64,000 nucleotides of DNA from Eledone cirrhosa. Its lineage: Eukaryota. The translations under genes were made by a program, and so were the position numbers. Below the pieces are notes generated by a model, which searched no databases, had not been told where the DNA came from, and worked only from the letters and a program-made list of their open reading frames with translations. Below are positions 28,682 to 40,859 of this stretch, piece by piece; position 1 is the stretch's first letter; each line of letters opens with the position of its first letter. Location: the NCBI GenBank assembly GCA_964016885.1, contig OZ024742.1, forward strand, positions 124,992,001-125,056,000, in the 5' to 3' direction.

Positions 28682-30092
28682 ACGATGGTTGCTAGACACT
28701 GTACGGCTTAATTTGGGATGTTTGTTTACAAACACACCGAGCATTATAATAAATGTTAGGTGAATCCATACGTAAATATATATATGTGTGCAGGTATGTA
28801 TATATATACACATACTACTGTACGTCCGTATACATATATGTATGTAAGTATACATACTTATATTTAAGTAACAGAGGTACTAAGAGTGAGAAATGAAATT
28901 TGTTTCATTTTTTCAGTTTATCGTATTCGGTGCGCCCGGCCGATTACTCACACTATATGCAAATTAGGCTGCTCAGCCGTTAATATGCATAAGGAAAGTA
29001 CATACTTTCAGACATTCAATCATCTGGCAGGAAGGTATACGTTGCTGACGATAGCTAATGAGGTTGAAACTAGTACAGCGTTCCTTTGTCAGTGTTGAAC
29101 AAATGAGCAACGATTGTAGCTAGACACTGTACGGCTTAATTTGGGATGTTTGTTTACAAACACACCGAGCATTATAATAAATGTTCGGTTCAATCCATAC
29201 GTACATATATATATATATGTGTGAAGATATGTATATATATATATATATATATAATAGTGTACGTCCGTATACATATATGTATGTACGTATACATACTTAT
29301 ATTTAAGTAACAGCCGTACTAAGAGTGAGAAATGAAATTTCGTTCCATTTTTTCCGTTTATCGTATTCGGTGCGCCCGGCCGATTACTCACACGATATGC
29401 AAATTAGGCTGCTCAGCCGTTAATATGCATAAGGAAAGTACATACTTTCAGACGTTCAACCATCTCGCAGGCAGGTATACGTTGCTGACGATAGCTAATA
29501 AGCTTGAAACTAGTACAGTGTTCCTTTGTCAGAGTTGAACAAATGAGCAACGATGGTTGCTAGACTCTGTACGGCTTAATTTGGGATGTTTGTTTACAAA
29601 CACACCGAGCATTATAATAAATGTTCGGTGAATCCATATGTACATATATATATGTGTGCAGGTATGTATATATATATATACATACTACTGTACGTCCGTA
29701 TACATATATGTATGTACGTATACATACTTATATTTAAGTAACAGCCGTACTAAGAGTGAGAAATGAAATTTGTTTCATTTTTTCAGTTTATCGTATTCGG
29801 TGCGCCCGGCCGATTACTCACACGATATGCAAATTAGGCTGCTCAGCCGTTATAATGCGTAGGGAAAGTACATACTTTCAGAAGTTCAATCATCTGGCAG
29901 GAAGGTATACGTTGCTGACGATAGCTAATAAGCTTGAAACTAGTACAGCGTTCCTTTGTCAGTGTTGAACAAATGAACATCGATGGTTGCTAAACATTGT
30001 ACGGCTTAATTTGGGATGTTTGTTTAGAAACACACTGAGCATTATAATAAATGTTCGGTGAATCCATACGCACATATGTATATGTGTCCAGG

Positions 30093-30124
<32 letters not shown>

Positions 30125-31401
30125 CAAACTACTGTACGTCCGTATACATATATGTATGTACGTATACATACTTATATTTAAGTAACAGCCGTACTAAGAG
30201 TGAGAAATGAAATTTCGTTAAATTTTTTCCGTTTATCGTATTCGGTGCGCCCGGCCGATTACTCACACGATATGCAAATTAGGCTGCTCAGCCGTTATAA
30301 TGCGTAGGGAAAGTACATACTTTCAGAAGTTCAATCATCTGGCAGGAAGGTATACGTTGCTGACGATAGCTAATAAGCTTGAAACTAGTACAGTGTTCCT
30401 TTGTCAGTGTTGAACAAATGAGCAACGATGGTTGCTAGACACTGTACGGCTTAATTTGGGATGTTTGTTTACAAACACACCGAGCATTATAATAAATGTT
30501 CGGTGAATCCAGACGTACATATATATATGTGTGCAGGTATGTATATATATATATATACATACTACTGTACGTCCGTATACATATATGTATGTACGTATAC
30601 ATACTTATATTTCAGTAACAGCCGTACTAAGTGTGAGAAAAGAAATTTCGTTTCATTTTTTCGGTTTATCGTATTTGGTGCGCCCGGCCGATTAACTCAC
30701 TCGATATGCAAATTAGGCTGCTCAGCCGTTAATATGCATAAGGAAAGTACATACTTTCAAACATTCAATCATCTGGCAGGAAGGTATACGTTGCTGACGA
30801 TAGCTAATGAGGTTGAAACTAGTACAGCGTTCCTTTGTCAGTGTTGAACAAATGAGTAACGATGGTTGCTAGACACTGTACGGCTTAATTTGGGATGTTT
30901 GTTTACAAACACACCGAGCATTATAATAAATGTTCGGTGAATCCATACGTACATATATATATTTGTGCAGGTATGTATATATATATACATACTACTGTAC
31001 GTCCGTATACATATATGTATGTACGTATACATACTTATATTTAAGTAACATCCGTACTAAGACTGAGAAAAGAAATTTCGTTTCATTTTTTAGGTTTATC
31101 GTATTCGGTGCGCCCGGCCGATTAACTCACTCGATATGCAAATTAGGCTGCTCAGCCGTTAATATGCATAAGGAAAGTACATAGTTTCACACATTCAATC
31201 ATCTGGCAGGAAGGTATACGTTGCTGACGATAGCTAATGAGGTTGAAACTAGTACAGCGTTAATTTGTAAGTGTTGAACAAATGAGCAACGATTGTTGCT
31301 AGACACTGTACGGCTTAATTTGGGATGTTTGTTTACAAACACACTGAGCATTATAATAAATGTTCGGTGAATCCATACGTACATATGTATATGTGTGCAG
31401 G

Positions 31402-31441
<40 letters not shown>

Positions 31442-32352
31442 CTACTGGTACGTCCGTATACATATATGTATGTACGTATACATACTTATATTTAAGTAAC
31501 AGCCGTACTAAGAGTGAGAAATGAAATTTCGTTTCATTTTTTTTCCGTTTATCGTATTCGGTGCGCCCGGCCGATTAAGTCACTCGATATGCAAATTAGG
31601 CTGCTCACCGTTAATATGTATATGGAAAGTACATACTTTCAGACATTCAATCATCTGGCAGGAAGGTATATGTTGCTGACGATAGCTAATGAGGTTGAAA
31701 CTAGTATAGCGTTCCTTTGTCAGTGTTGAACAAATCTGCAACGATGATTGCTAGACACTGTACGGCTTAATGTGGGATGTTTGTTTACAAACACACTGAG
31801 CATTATAATAAATGTTCGGTGAATCCATACGTACATATATATATGTTGGAAGGTATATATATATATACATACTACTGTACGTCCGTATACATATATGTAT
31901 GTACGTATACATACTTATATTTAAGTAACATCCGTACTAAGAATGAGAAATGAAATTTCGTTTCATTTTTTCCGTGTATCGTATTCGGTGCGCCCGGCCG
32001 ATTAACTCACTCGATATGCAAATTAGGCTGCTCAGCCGTTAATATGCATAAGGTAGTACATACTTTCAGACGTTCAATCATATGGCAGGAAGGTATACGT
32101 TGCTGACGATAGCTAACAAGCTTGAAACTATTACAGCGTTCCTTTGTCAGTGTTGAACAAATGAGCAACGATGGTTGCTAGACAATGTACGGCTTAATTT
32201 GGGATGTTTGTTTACAAACACACTGAGCATTATAATAAATGTTCGGTGAATCCATACGTACATATTTGTATGTGTGCATGTATGTACATATATATATATA
32301 TACATACTACTGTACGTCTGTATACATATATGTATGTACGTATACATACTTA
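28682..32352 (+). repeat. Tandem array of 8 complete ~430-450 bp monomers plus a partial ninth; hammerhead-containing (retrozyme-like satellite)
   Basis: Unit start ACGATGGTTGCTAGAC recurs at ~28682, 29109, 29550, 29980, 30425, 30859, 31289, 31741, 32168; length variation comes mainly from an internal (TA)n. Confidence 0.95.
29024..29092 (+). ncRNA. Hammerhead ribozyme, monomer 1 (CUGACGA cores at 29045, 29485, 29915, 30360, 30794, 31224, 31676, 32103)
   Basis: cguug-CUGACGA-uagcu..(stem II)-GAAA-cuag-UA-cagcg; stem I cguug/cagcg extends via cuggcaggaagg/ccuuugucag; stem III is the palindrome ACUAGU; predicted cleavage after GUA (29075). Confidence 0.85.
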
Positions 32353-32476
32353 TGTATATATATATATACAGATATGTATATACACATATCTGTATATATA
32401 TATATATATAAATATATATATATATATGAAAACATGGCGTGCTGCGTGGTTGCAAATGGGTTGCATATGAATACAT

Positions 32477-33644
32477 TTAGTCCTTCATCAGTGATCTTCC
32501 AACCATCACAGGTGCAACGCTGTTGTTGGGGTTCACACTGTTGTTGGTGTTTTTATTGTCTACACCAAAGGAGGTCATCATGAAACAGGAGTTGTATTTC
32601 CACATGTTAGGGCGGAATGTTGTAGCCGTAGTGTCGTCAACTGTGATTAGATTCAGAAGAACGTCTGGCGGGTCAACCAATGCCTCTAGTTGAACCTTAC
32701 CCCCTGCACAGCACATAGAAGGCGACTCGGCTGACCAATTCAGAGACTTGCAGGATGTACAGACATTATCCATTTTGCCAATGGAAACTGTAGGCAGAAG
32801 TCCGTAATCCTCAGAGGGGTTATATCTGAAGGCTGCTTTTACCCAGCCTGAGCTCTTGGCAGCACTAGCTAATGAATGCCGGGAACGCTTAGCAGCAAGC
32901 CTGTTCTCTCTGTCTGCCTTGGACTCCTCTGCAAACGCTTGTTGACGACGAAGGCGAACCCCAGCAAGCCTCACCTGACGCGATGTTGGTGACTCCTCTG
33001 CAAGCGCTTGTTGGTGTCGAAGGCAAACGCCAGCAAGACGCATCGTACGGGATGTTGGTGACTCCTCCGCCAGCGCTTGTAGACGACGAAGGCGTACATC
33101 AGCAAGCCGCGTCGTAGAGGGATGTTGGTGACTCCTCCGCCAGCGCTTGTTGGCGACGAAGGCGAACACCAGCAAGCCTCGTAGTACGGGATGTGGGTGA
33201 CTCCTCCACAAACGCTTGTAGGCGACGAAGGGGAACATCAGCAAGCCTTGTCTAAGGGGATGTTGGTGACTCAACCAGCCGGGAAGACGTCTATCATCGA
33301 GTCGAGATTCGCGCTCAGCAGGTGTTTCCTAGAGAAAGTTAATTAATGCTACTGGTTAGCTAAGCCAAATGCACTGCCAATAGTAAATGAGAAAAGTGTA
33401 ATATGAACAAATGAGAATCAAGATAAGACAATGAATTTAATATAACTACGATTAGAATGCTGTAGTTGCTTAAACCTGGTGACAGTTAGGATAAACGCAG
33501 TGCTTGCTAACATTAAGGGAGAATACTGCATAAAGGATTAACCAATTGTGAATGAACGCATACCTGAGAACGCCTAATTCGTCGTCTCAAAGCAGTAGCT
33601 GTATCTTTTTTGGAGGTAAGTCTTGAACGTTTCCGTGTGGGCAT
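32477..33644 (-). CDS. Spliced N-terminus of Helitron RepHel (exon 1 33644-33564, intron 33563-33329, exon 2 from 33328), truncated
   Basis: MPTRKRSRLTSKKDTATALRRRIRRSQ|GTATGC...TTTCTCTAG|ETPAERESRLDDRR, in frame with ORF 32477-33274; 20-aa repeats EESPTSR..RLAGVRLRRQQALA. Confidence 0.75.
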
Positions 33645-33768
33645 AACGACGTGTAACGAAGCTGTTAGGTTAGAAAGGGCTGATTAAGTACAGAAAGAGG
33701 TGACACCAGATTCGCTAGAATGGTTACTGGTGAATGGGAAGGTTTGGAAATATGATAATAATAACTGA

Positions 33769-34025
33769 CCGAATTTTCCGGCCTATAAAGTGCACTTAAA
33801 ATACCTAAATTTCATCGAAAAACAGCTCTGCGCTTTATACTCCGGTGAGCCTTATGTATAAATAATACAATGGTAATCAATCACGGCTCTAACAGAAGTA
33901 ATAGATCTAGACTAAAAGTAAAGAAGATAGCGATTTTCCTGGTTGGCCTTACATGCCGTTGCGCGGACCTGATTTTAAATGATACGCCTTATATCCCGGT
34001 GAGCCTTATAGAGCGGAAAATACGG
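33769..34025. mobile_element. MITE (Tc1/mariner superfamily, Tc2/pogo-like TIRs) nested in Helitron 1
   Basis: CCGAATTTTCCGGCCTATAAAGTGCAC ... GTGAGCCTTATAGAGCGGAAAATACGG followed by TA; left TA appears mutated. Confidence 0.7.
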
Positions 34026-35922
34026 TATTCATTGGAAAAGAATACGAATTCATGACCAAGGTGTGACAAAATTGGCGTCTATAAAGTGCCCGAAACAAAC
34101 TTGTCCAAAACCCTGGGATCTTTCTCGTTAAGTATCCACCCAAAAGCAACCGTTTCTTAGTTACAAAAAATAACCAAAGTGAATAGTAGCTATATTTCTG
34201 ACATATCATGCCAAAAAGAACAATATATTCAAAAAATGTTCTAAAGTACATTCAATCTCTCTTTTTGACCGGTCTTAATAAGCAAATTATCGATTTTTTT
34301 ATTAGCTGTCAGTGTTTATCTGCATGCAGGTGTGGACGTGTGCACAATCAATTGCACTGCATGCAAATGGTCTATGACAACTAATTAAAAAATTAAAGAA
34401 CAATAGCAATTTCCAAATACGCTCATAACATTTAGTCGTAAACAGAACAAAAAATGCCATTAGAGGTGGGTTAATAATGGAAGAAGCACAAACCCTGGTG
34501 AACTTACGTTTAAAAACACTAAAACTTACTCACTTGCTGTGCAAATGGCTGTGACAGTAGTGTTATGAATTAAGTAATTTGTTAGAACCTTTTGTTTAAA
34601 AAAGGAAAAAATTGGTACGGACGTAACATTTTTTACAACTTTGTATGTGTCCAATACAACTTGGTCAAAGTATTATTTAGTAAATTTTCTTCAAAAAGCA
34701 TGATTATTTAAGACTATTAGAAAATTTACTCACTGCTTTTAGCTTTTGGCTTCACAAAAGACACCATTAAATTTGGTTTCCTTTCAGATAGGGATAATAC
34801 TGTATTTGCACTTTAATAAGGGGCAACATGAAAATGTTAACGCTAAGATGTCGACCATCACCTATTCCCAATAGGGATTTTTAAATTTAAGGAAGGCGAA
34901 AAATGAATTAAATTTAACTGAAATGGCATGCAAGTAATCTAAATAAATAAGCACTAACTCACCGATAAGTAAGTGGGCAAATTCTGTAAAGGTCCGTTTA
35001 GTGAGACGGCCGGATTTATTGTTTTTCACAAAAAGCGGATACACACAAAGATAAAAAGGCGGTTCGCACGTGCGTGCATACTTGTTTGTGTATCTATCGT
35101 TGAGAAAACATACTGCTCGGGGTATAGACAGGCCGTCCAATCAATAACGCGCGTGAGTCACAGTGTGTGCGTGCTTATATGGGCATATGAAATTGATTTT
35201 GATTGCGCCAGGTGTAAACTAAAAGTGCTTGTGTTCGAATACATACACATTAAATTTCATTGAAATCGAAAGATTAAAAAAAAAATATGAATAACATTCT
35301 GTCTTATATTTTGTTGACTGTACAATTATTTAAGAATTAAGAATTCTACTCAAAGAACCCTGAATATCTGTTTGTAAAGCCTTCCATTTTCCCATAAAGA
35401 AAGGCGTAGATTTGCATATTTCCACAATATTGCGCCATTTATAATTAAACTATGAATAATTGTCTGCCCTAAATCTTAAAGGTCTCATTTAACGCATGAT
35501 TCATGAGTTTAAAGAAAACTTTCTGAATTTTTGCAGCCTTGGAGTAAGTCCTAGTGGATCTATTATTGTGGTAATATCAAATTTCATTAAAATCGGACGA
35601 ATTCTGAAAATATCGGTTTTTTCCTCTGGGGGTCCGATTATTGATTTTCTTTGAAACTTTCAAGTACCCCACGTTGATCCCAGCATCAAAATACATACCG
35701 ACGTCAAATTTCATTCGAATCGGACAAATTTCGTAAATATCGATTTTTGCCTCTGGTGATCCAATTATCGACTTTTGGCTTCGAACATTTCAAGTAGTCT
35801 ATTCGAATCTACGGCTCGAGTTTTATATATGTGTCAAGTTTCATGAAAATCGGATGAACGGTGTAGCCTGCAAGTCCGGGAAACCAAACAAACAAACAAG
35901 GCCCAACTTCACTTTATATATA

Positions 35923-36112
35923 TAATTGTTTCTACATTTCTCACAAGGCCAGCAATACACCAGTTCATTACTGGTACTTTATTTTATCGACCCGGTAAGG
36001 ATGAAAGGTAAAGTTAATCTCGACGGGATTTGAACTCAGACCGTAAAGGGACGTAACTATGCTGGAAAGCATGGCGTCCGACCCTCTAGCGATACTGCCA
36101 ATTCACCGCCCT
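35923..36112 (-). mobile_element. tRNA-derived SINE
   Basis: Full-length reverse-complement copy of the SINE family. Confidence 0.85.
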
Positions 36113-36255
36113 TATATACATATATATATATACATATATATATATATGTATATATATATGTATATACATATGTATGTATATGTATATATGTATATATATA
36201 TATATGTATATACATATGTATGTATATGTATATATGTATATATATATATATGTCT

Positions 36256-36540
36256 CATGGTCGGGTCGTTGGCGACTAAACTGGCAACCCCACCTAGGTT
36301 TCTTGGACATCCTGCAGGACTAAAAACAAAACCTGTCAAAGGGCAAAGGAGCTCTTAAGAGTCAATGGCCATCCAAAATTACCGGGAGAGATGACCCCTT
36401 AGCCTTTGTCAAGGCAGAATTCTAGGAGATGGGGAACTCTGATAAAGCACCTGCAACCCTGATGGTATCCAATGATGTTGACTTGTTCTTCTTTTTGGTA
36501 AATATCATCTTGGTTAAGAGAGTGGGACTGGCTTTGTACA
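36256..36540 (+). mobile_element. 5' leader fragment of an RTE-like element
   Basis: Homologous to 59317-59452 (ATGGTCGGGTCGT.GGCGACTAAA.TGGCAACCCCACC...GAGTCAA.GGCCATC). Confidence 0.55.
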
Positions 36541-36559
36541 GTGTCTTTCAGCAAATATA

Positions 36560-38335
36560 GAATCGCACATACGCAAGATCAACCACAGAAATACCTCTAA
36601 GGAATCCGCCGCACCTATGCGTAACATAGCACCAAATTATAAACATAAACACATCACAGTATCACAACCGCAAACAAACACGCAGCAGCAAAACCCCAAC
36701 GGGCATAAATCACAACCCACTTATAGCAGAGTACAAAACAGCAGTGTGGAAGCTGCACGAAATAACACCTCAAACTGTAACTGTCACCTACCGGATAGGT
36801 GCCCATTGGCGAATAGATGCCTTGATTCGAGCCTAGTGAACATGTGTACGGTCAACTCAGACAACTCCACTTGGCATTACATTGGATCCATAGCGGGTAC
36901 TTTTAAAAAAAGATGGTATGTGCACAGACACTCGATGAAAAACCGTGCACTTATGGGTTCTACAAACCTCGCCAAAAAATCTGGGAACTTAAGGAAAATA
37001 ACACCAACTACAATATCAACTGGTCGAGGTTGTCGGCCGCAAAAACTTACAGTACCAGTATGTCCCACTGTAAGCTCTGTGATCTAGAATTACTATATAT
37101 CCTTAGGAATGTAAAAAGGCTACTCAACAAGAAGTTAGAAAGATTAATCTTCTGCAGACACAGGATCGCCACTAAATTCACAAGATTTAAGCCTCCGTGA
37201 ATCGAACCGACATAAGTTAGCTTTCAACTTAGGTTACCCACTATACTGCACGAACCACCACAGAAATATAATCATTAAGTACATTCTAGCCTTCTTAATT
37301 CTATACCACAGTAATGTCTGTAAGTACCTTATCAACCCATAAATATATCCCTTCTTAGCTGCTGTCAACACAACTTCCTCACCCTTCACTCTCAACAAAT
37401 GAACATAAATCCATGAACCATTTCAAAATACTACTACAGCAGAACATTACCTTCCTCCTGTTATAATTGTAGTCAGCATGTTTTCTCTTTATATATATAT
37501 ATTGCCTCCTTAACCCCTGTATTAACTTGCCTATTATATTGCTACTCTGTTAATGTTATCTCATACATGTATGTTATTGATGATGTGAAAGCTAAACAAC
37601 CCCTTCATCTAATATAGACCACATAAATATTGAACCTCACACCATAAATATTACTATCCTCACTACAGTGATACATTTTTCATCTGTCAGATAATAAATG
37701 ATTCTTACGGCCACCAGACCTACAGTAAAGGAAATGGTTCATTGTTTAAAGCCACCGGCTTATCTTTACACTATATATAATACACCCCATGACAGCTTTT
37801 ACATGTCAATTTTATACATCTGCCACATGTCAGCTAACATCGTAGATATACTATATTTCTCACCTAGATTGATGTTGTGATTATTTCAAATAATTTATTT
37901 CTAGCATTGTTAGTATTGTTGTTATTGTTCTGATTGAATGCCATTACTACTATATATAGTAGCCATGCCTGTATATTCCTTTCATTCTCACAAGCTCCGA
38001 TGAATTGACTGGTTACAACTATGTATTGGTGATCGAATGACGTGAAAACAAGCGGGTAGCGATCTGTAGACCTGCCAGTTCAGAGAAACAATTATCAGCA
38101 ATGAGATTAAAAACCTATTTTTTATAGCAAACCATGTCACTCTTCTTTCCTGATTTATATATATACACCTGTCCCCACGTCACCAACACCAGAAATTACC
38201 GCTGACTGGCAGCATCACTATGGAAACGCCTTGTTGAGTCAAACTTAGCCAAGCGTTGATATCATTCACTACTCGGAGTACCCTAACTGGACTACACTTA
38301 AGTGGGCTACCTATAACAATAATCTGTTACCCCGT
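36560..38335 (+). mobile_element. 5'-truncated Penelope-like element: GIY-YIG C-terminus plus long 3' region
   Basis: CNCHLPDRCPLANRCL..HYIGSIAGTFKKRWYVH, then frameshift to IWELKE..INW..CKLCDLE..LN..CRH (36617-37200); degenerate hammerhead at 37994-38099. Confidence 0.85.
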
Positions 38336-38509
38336 ATATATATATATGTATACATATATATATATTGTTATACTTTGGAAGGGTCATGTTGCCAATAAGA
38401 AACGCACGCACCTGTAGCTTTCACTCCAATTTATTATAAATTAAATTTATAAATTTATAAATTTCCGGTTGAATGGTTGGTTCCACGACCGGACTGTTGT
38501 TCAGATATT

Positions 38510-38552
38510 GTCAAAGTTCTTTCGTCACACATTCTGTGACCTCTTCAGTGAC
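38510..38552 (-). ncRNA. Minimal hammerhead-like motif
   Basis: Minus: guca-CUGAAGA-g-gucaca gaaug ugugac-GAAA-gaac-UU-ugac; stem I guca/ugac. Confidence 0.6.
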
Positions 38553-38607
38553 TGGCGATTCTTTTCTTTATTTTGTGCCTCTCCGTTGTTCTGTCCTACG
38601 CCATGTA

Positions 38608-38638
<31 letters not shown>

Positions 38639-38644
38639 GTTTAC

Positions 38645-38955
<311 letters not shown>

Positions 38956-39008
38956 CACATATATATATATATATAGAAGTGGTTACACAACAGTTAGTTC
39001 ACCATACT

Positions 39009-39044
39009 GAGAACAATTGTTTCACCTTAGCGGATCCTCAGCCC
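39009..39044 (-). ncRNA. Minimal hammerhead motif
   Basis: Minus: ggg-CUGAGGA-uccgcuaaggu-GAAA-caauug-UU-cuc; palindromic stem III ACAAUUGU. Confidence 0.6.
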
Positions 39045-39494
39045 GTAATGGACCATGGACTGAGTGTTCTACCACTACGGACATTACCTTCCAGTGTTCT
39101 ACCACTATATATATAATACATGTCTGTGTGTGTGTTTATGTGTGTGCGTGCGTATATGTTGTGAGTGTTTGTATGTGTGTACGTGTGTATATGTGTCAGA
39201 CAGACCGATAGATATACTACTGATACTTATTCCTCTAAAATGAAAGTAAATTGGGTATATTCATAATTGACTTAATTACCATATACATTGAAAATTAATT
39301 GAAATTATGTGGAATACGAAACGATTTATTATTTAATAATTCTGGAGATTAAAGGCAGGGTAGACAGGATAAAAATTGTAATTATTTAATTAAATATGAA
39401 ATGCCACGAACGAAAGGTTCTGTAAGTAGTGAGGATAAACATTATATTAATTATACAAGTATTTATGTATATGTACTCACACACACGCACCCAC

Positions 39495-39552
<58 letters not shown>

Positions 39553-39556
<4 letters not shown>

Positions 39557-40010
39557 GGAAAAAATGAAATTTCATTTCTTTTCTCACTCTTAGAACGGCT
39601 GATACTTAAATATAAGTATTTATACGTACATACATATATGTATACATACGTACAGTAGTATGTATATATATACATACGTATTATAATGCTCGGTTTGTTT
39701 GTAAACAAACAGCCAGAATTAAGCCGTACAGTGTTCGGCAACCATCGTTGCCATTTTGTTCAACACTGACAAAGGAACGATGAACTAGTTTCTATCTTAT
39801 TAGCTGTCATCAGCACGATATACCTTCCTGTCAGTCGATTGAACGTTTGAAAGTATATACTTTCCTTATGCATATTAATGGCTGAGCAGCCTAATTTGCA
39901 TATCGAGTGAGTTATTGGGCCGAGTGTACCGAAAACGATAAATGGAAGAGAATGAAATGAAATTTCATTTCTCACTCTTACTACGGCTGATACTTAAATA
40001 TAACTATGTA
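39553..40010 (-). repeat. Retrozyme-like repeat copy (hammerhead at 39766-39834), interrupted by Helitron 2 and continuing at 47084-47368
   Basis: Reverse complement of the array monomer; core CUGAUGA..GAAA-cuag-UU-caucg. Confidence 0.85.
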
Positions 40011-40150
40011 CTAGACCACCCGTGACCCATTGGGTCATGTTCACTTAAAAATAATTTTTAAATAATTAAAATATACACAAAATGTATATAATCTAAAATG
40101 ACATTGGAAAGCCAATATATATATACGTGTATGTGTGTGTGTATCTGTAC

Positions 40151-40192
<42 letters not shown>

Positions 40193-40859
40193 TTGTGTGT
40201 GTGAGTGTGTGTGGCCTATTTACACTGGTCACAGACACACACACACACATACATCTTGTCCTAACACAAGTTATAAGATACATATAACTTAATATTCAGT
40301 CACCAAATTCAAGTTAGATACAGTAATGCTGTATTCAATTCTTTGAAGTCACCTGTCATAATTTCATTCAACACCACCACCAGCTCTCCCCCCACCCCTC
40401 TCTATCTCTCTCTCACAACTATCTGCGTTTGAATTCACATTTCAATTGTACCTTACTTTCAAAGAATTTTCCCATTATGCGCTTATTTGGCTATTTATAA
40501 AGGTCCCCGAAAAAACCCGCGTATCTGGGGAACCTGTGGTCCGATTTACGCTAAACTTGTCTTTTCACTGTATTATTCACAAGTATTTTCACAAAGAAAA
40601 TATCAAATCATTTTTCACTAATAGCTATCCAATCACTCCATTTCAAAATTCTTTTTTCTATATCTCTATGGATGTTTGACTGTTTGTTCTGAAAGATTTT
40701 TCTGCTCAAAAAGTTGCAATGTTAATGAAAAGCTGGTTTTATTTACACAAATTTGAAATAAATTATTCTTACTTGTCTCAGCTTTTCCTTTTCCTTTCAT
40801 TTTCTGACGTCGGAATCAACATTTTCTCATATTTACGCTGTTACAGTTTGTTCAAAAGA

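Larger units (their letters stand above)
32430..35922 (-). mobile_element. 3'-truncated Helitron (family 1)
   Basis: RepHel N-terminus CTSCKSLNW..CCAGGKVQL..YNSCFMMTSFG; the 5' end reads TATATATATAAAGTGAAG..(TTTG)n..CCGATTTTCATGAAACTTG on the minus strand; subterminal ~125 bp repeats at 35575-35860. Confidence 0.8.

Noticed and set aside
28682-32352. CRISPR-like or coding interpretation of the tandem array
   Set aside because: Units are near-identical along their whole length with no unique spacers; the short ORFs vary in frame and stops between units; context is eukaryotic.
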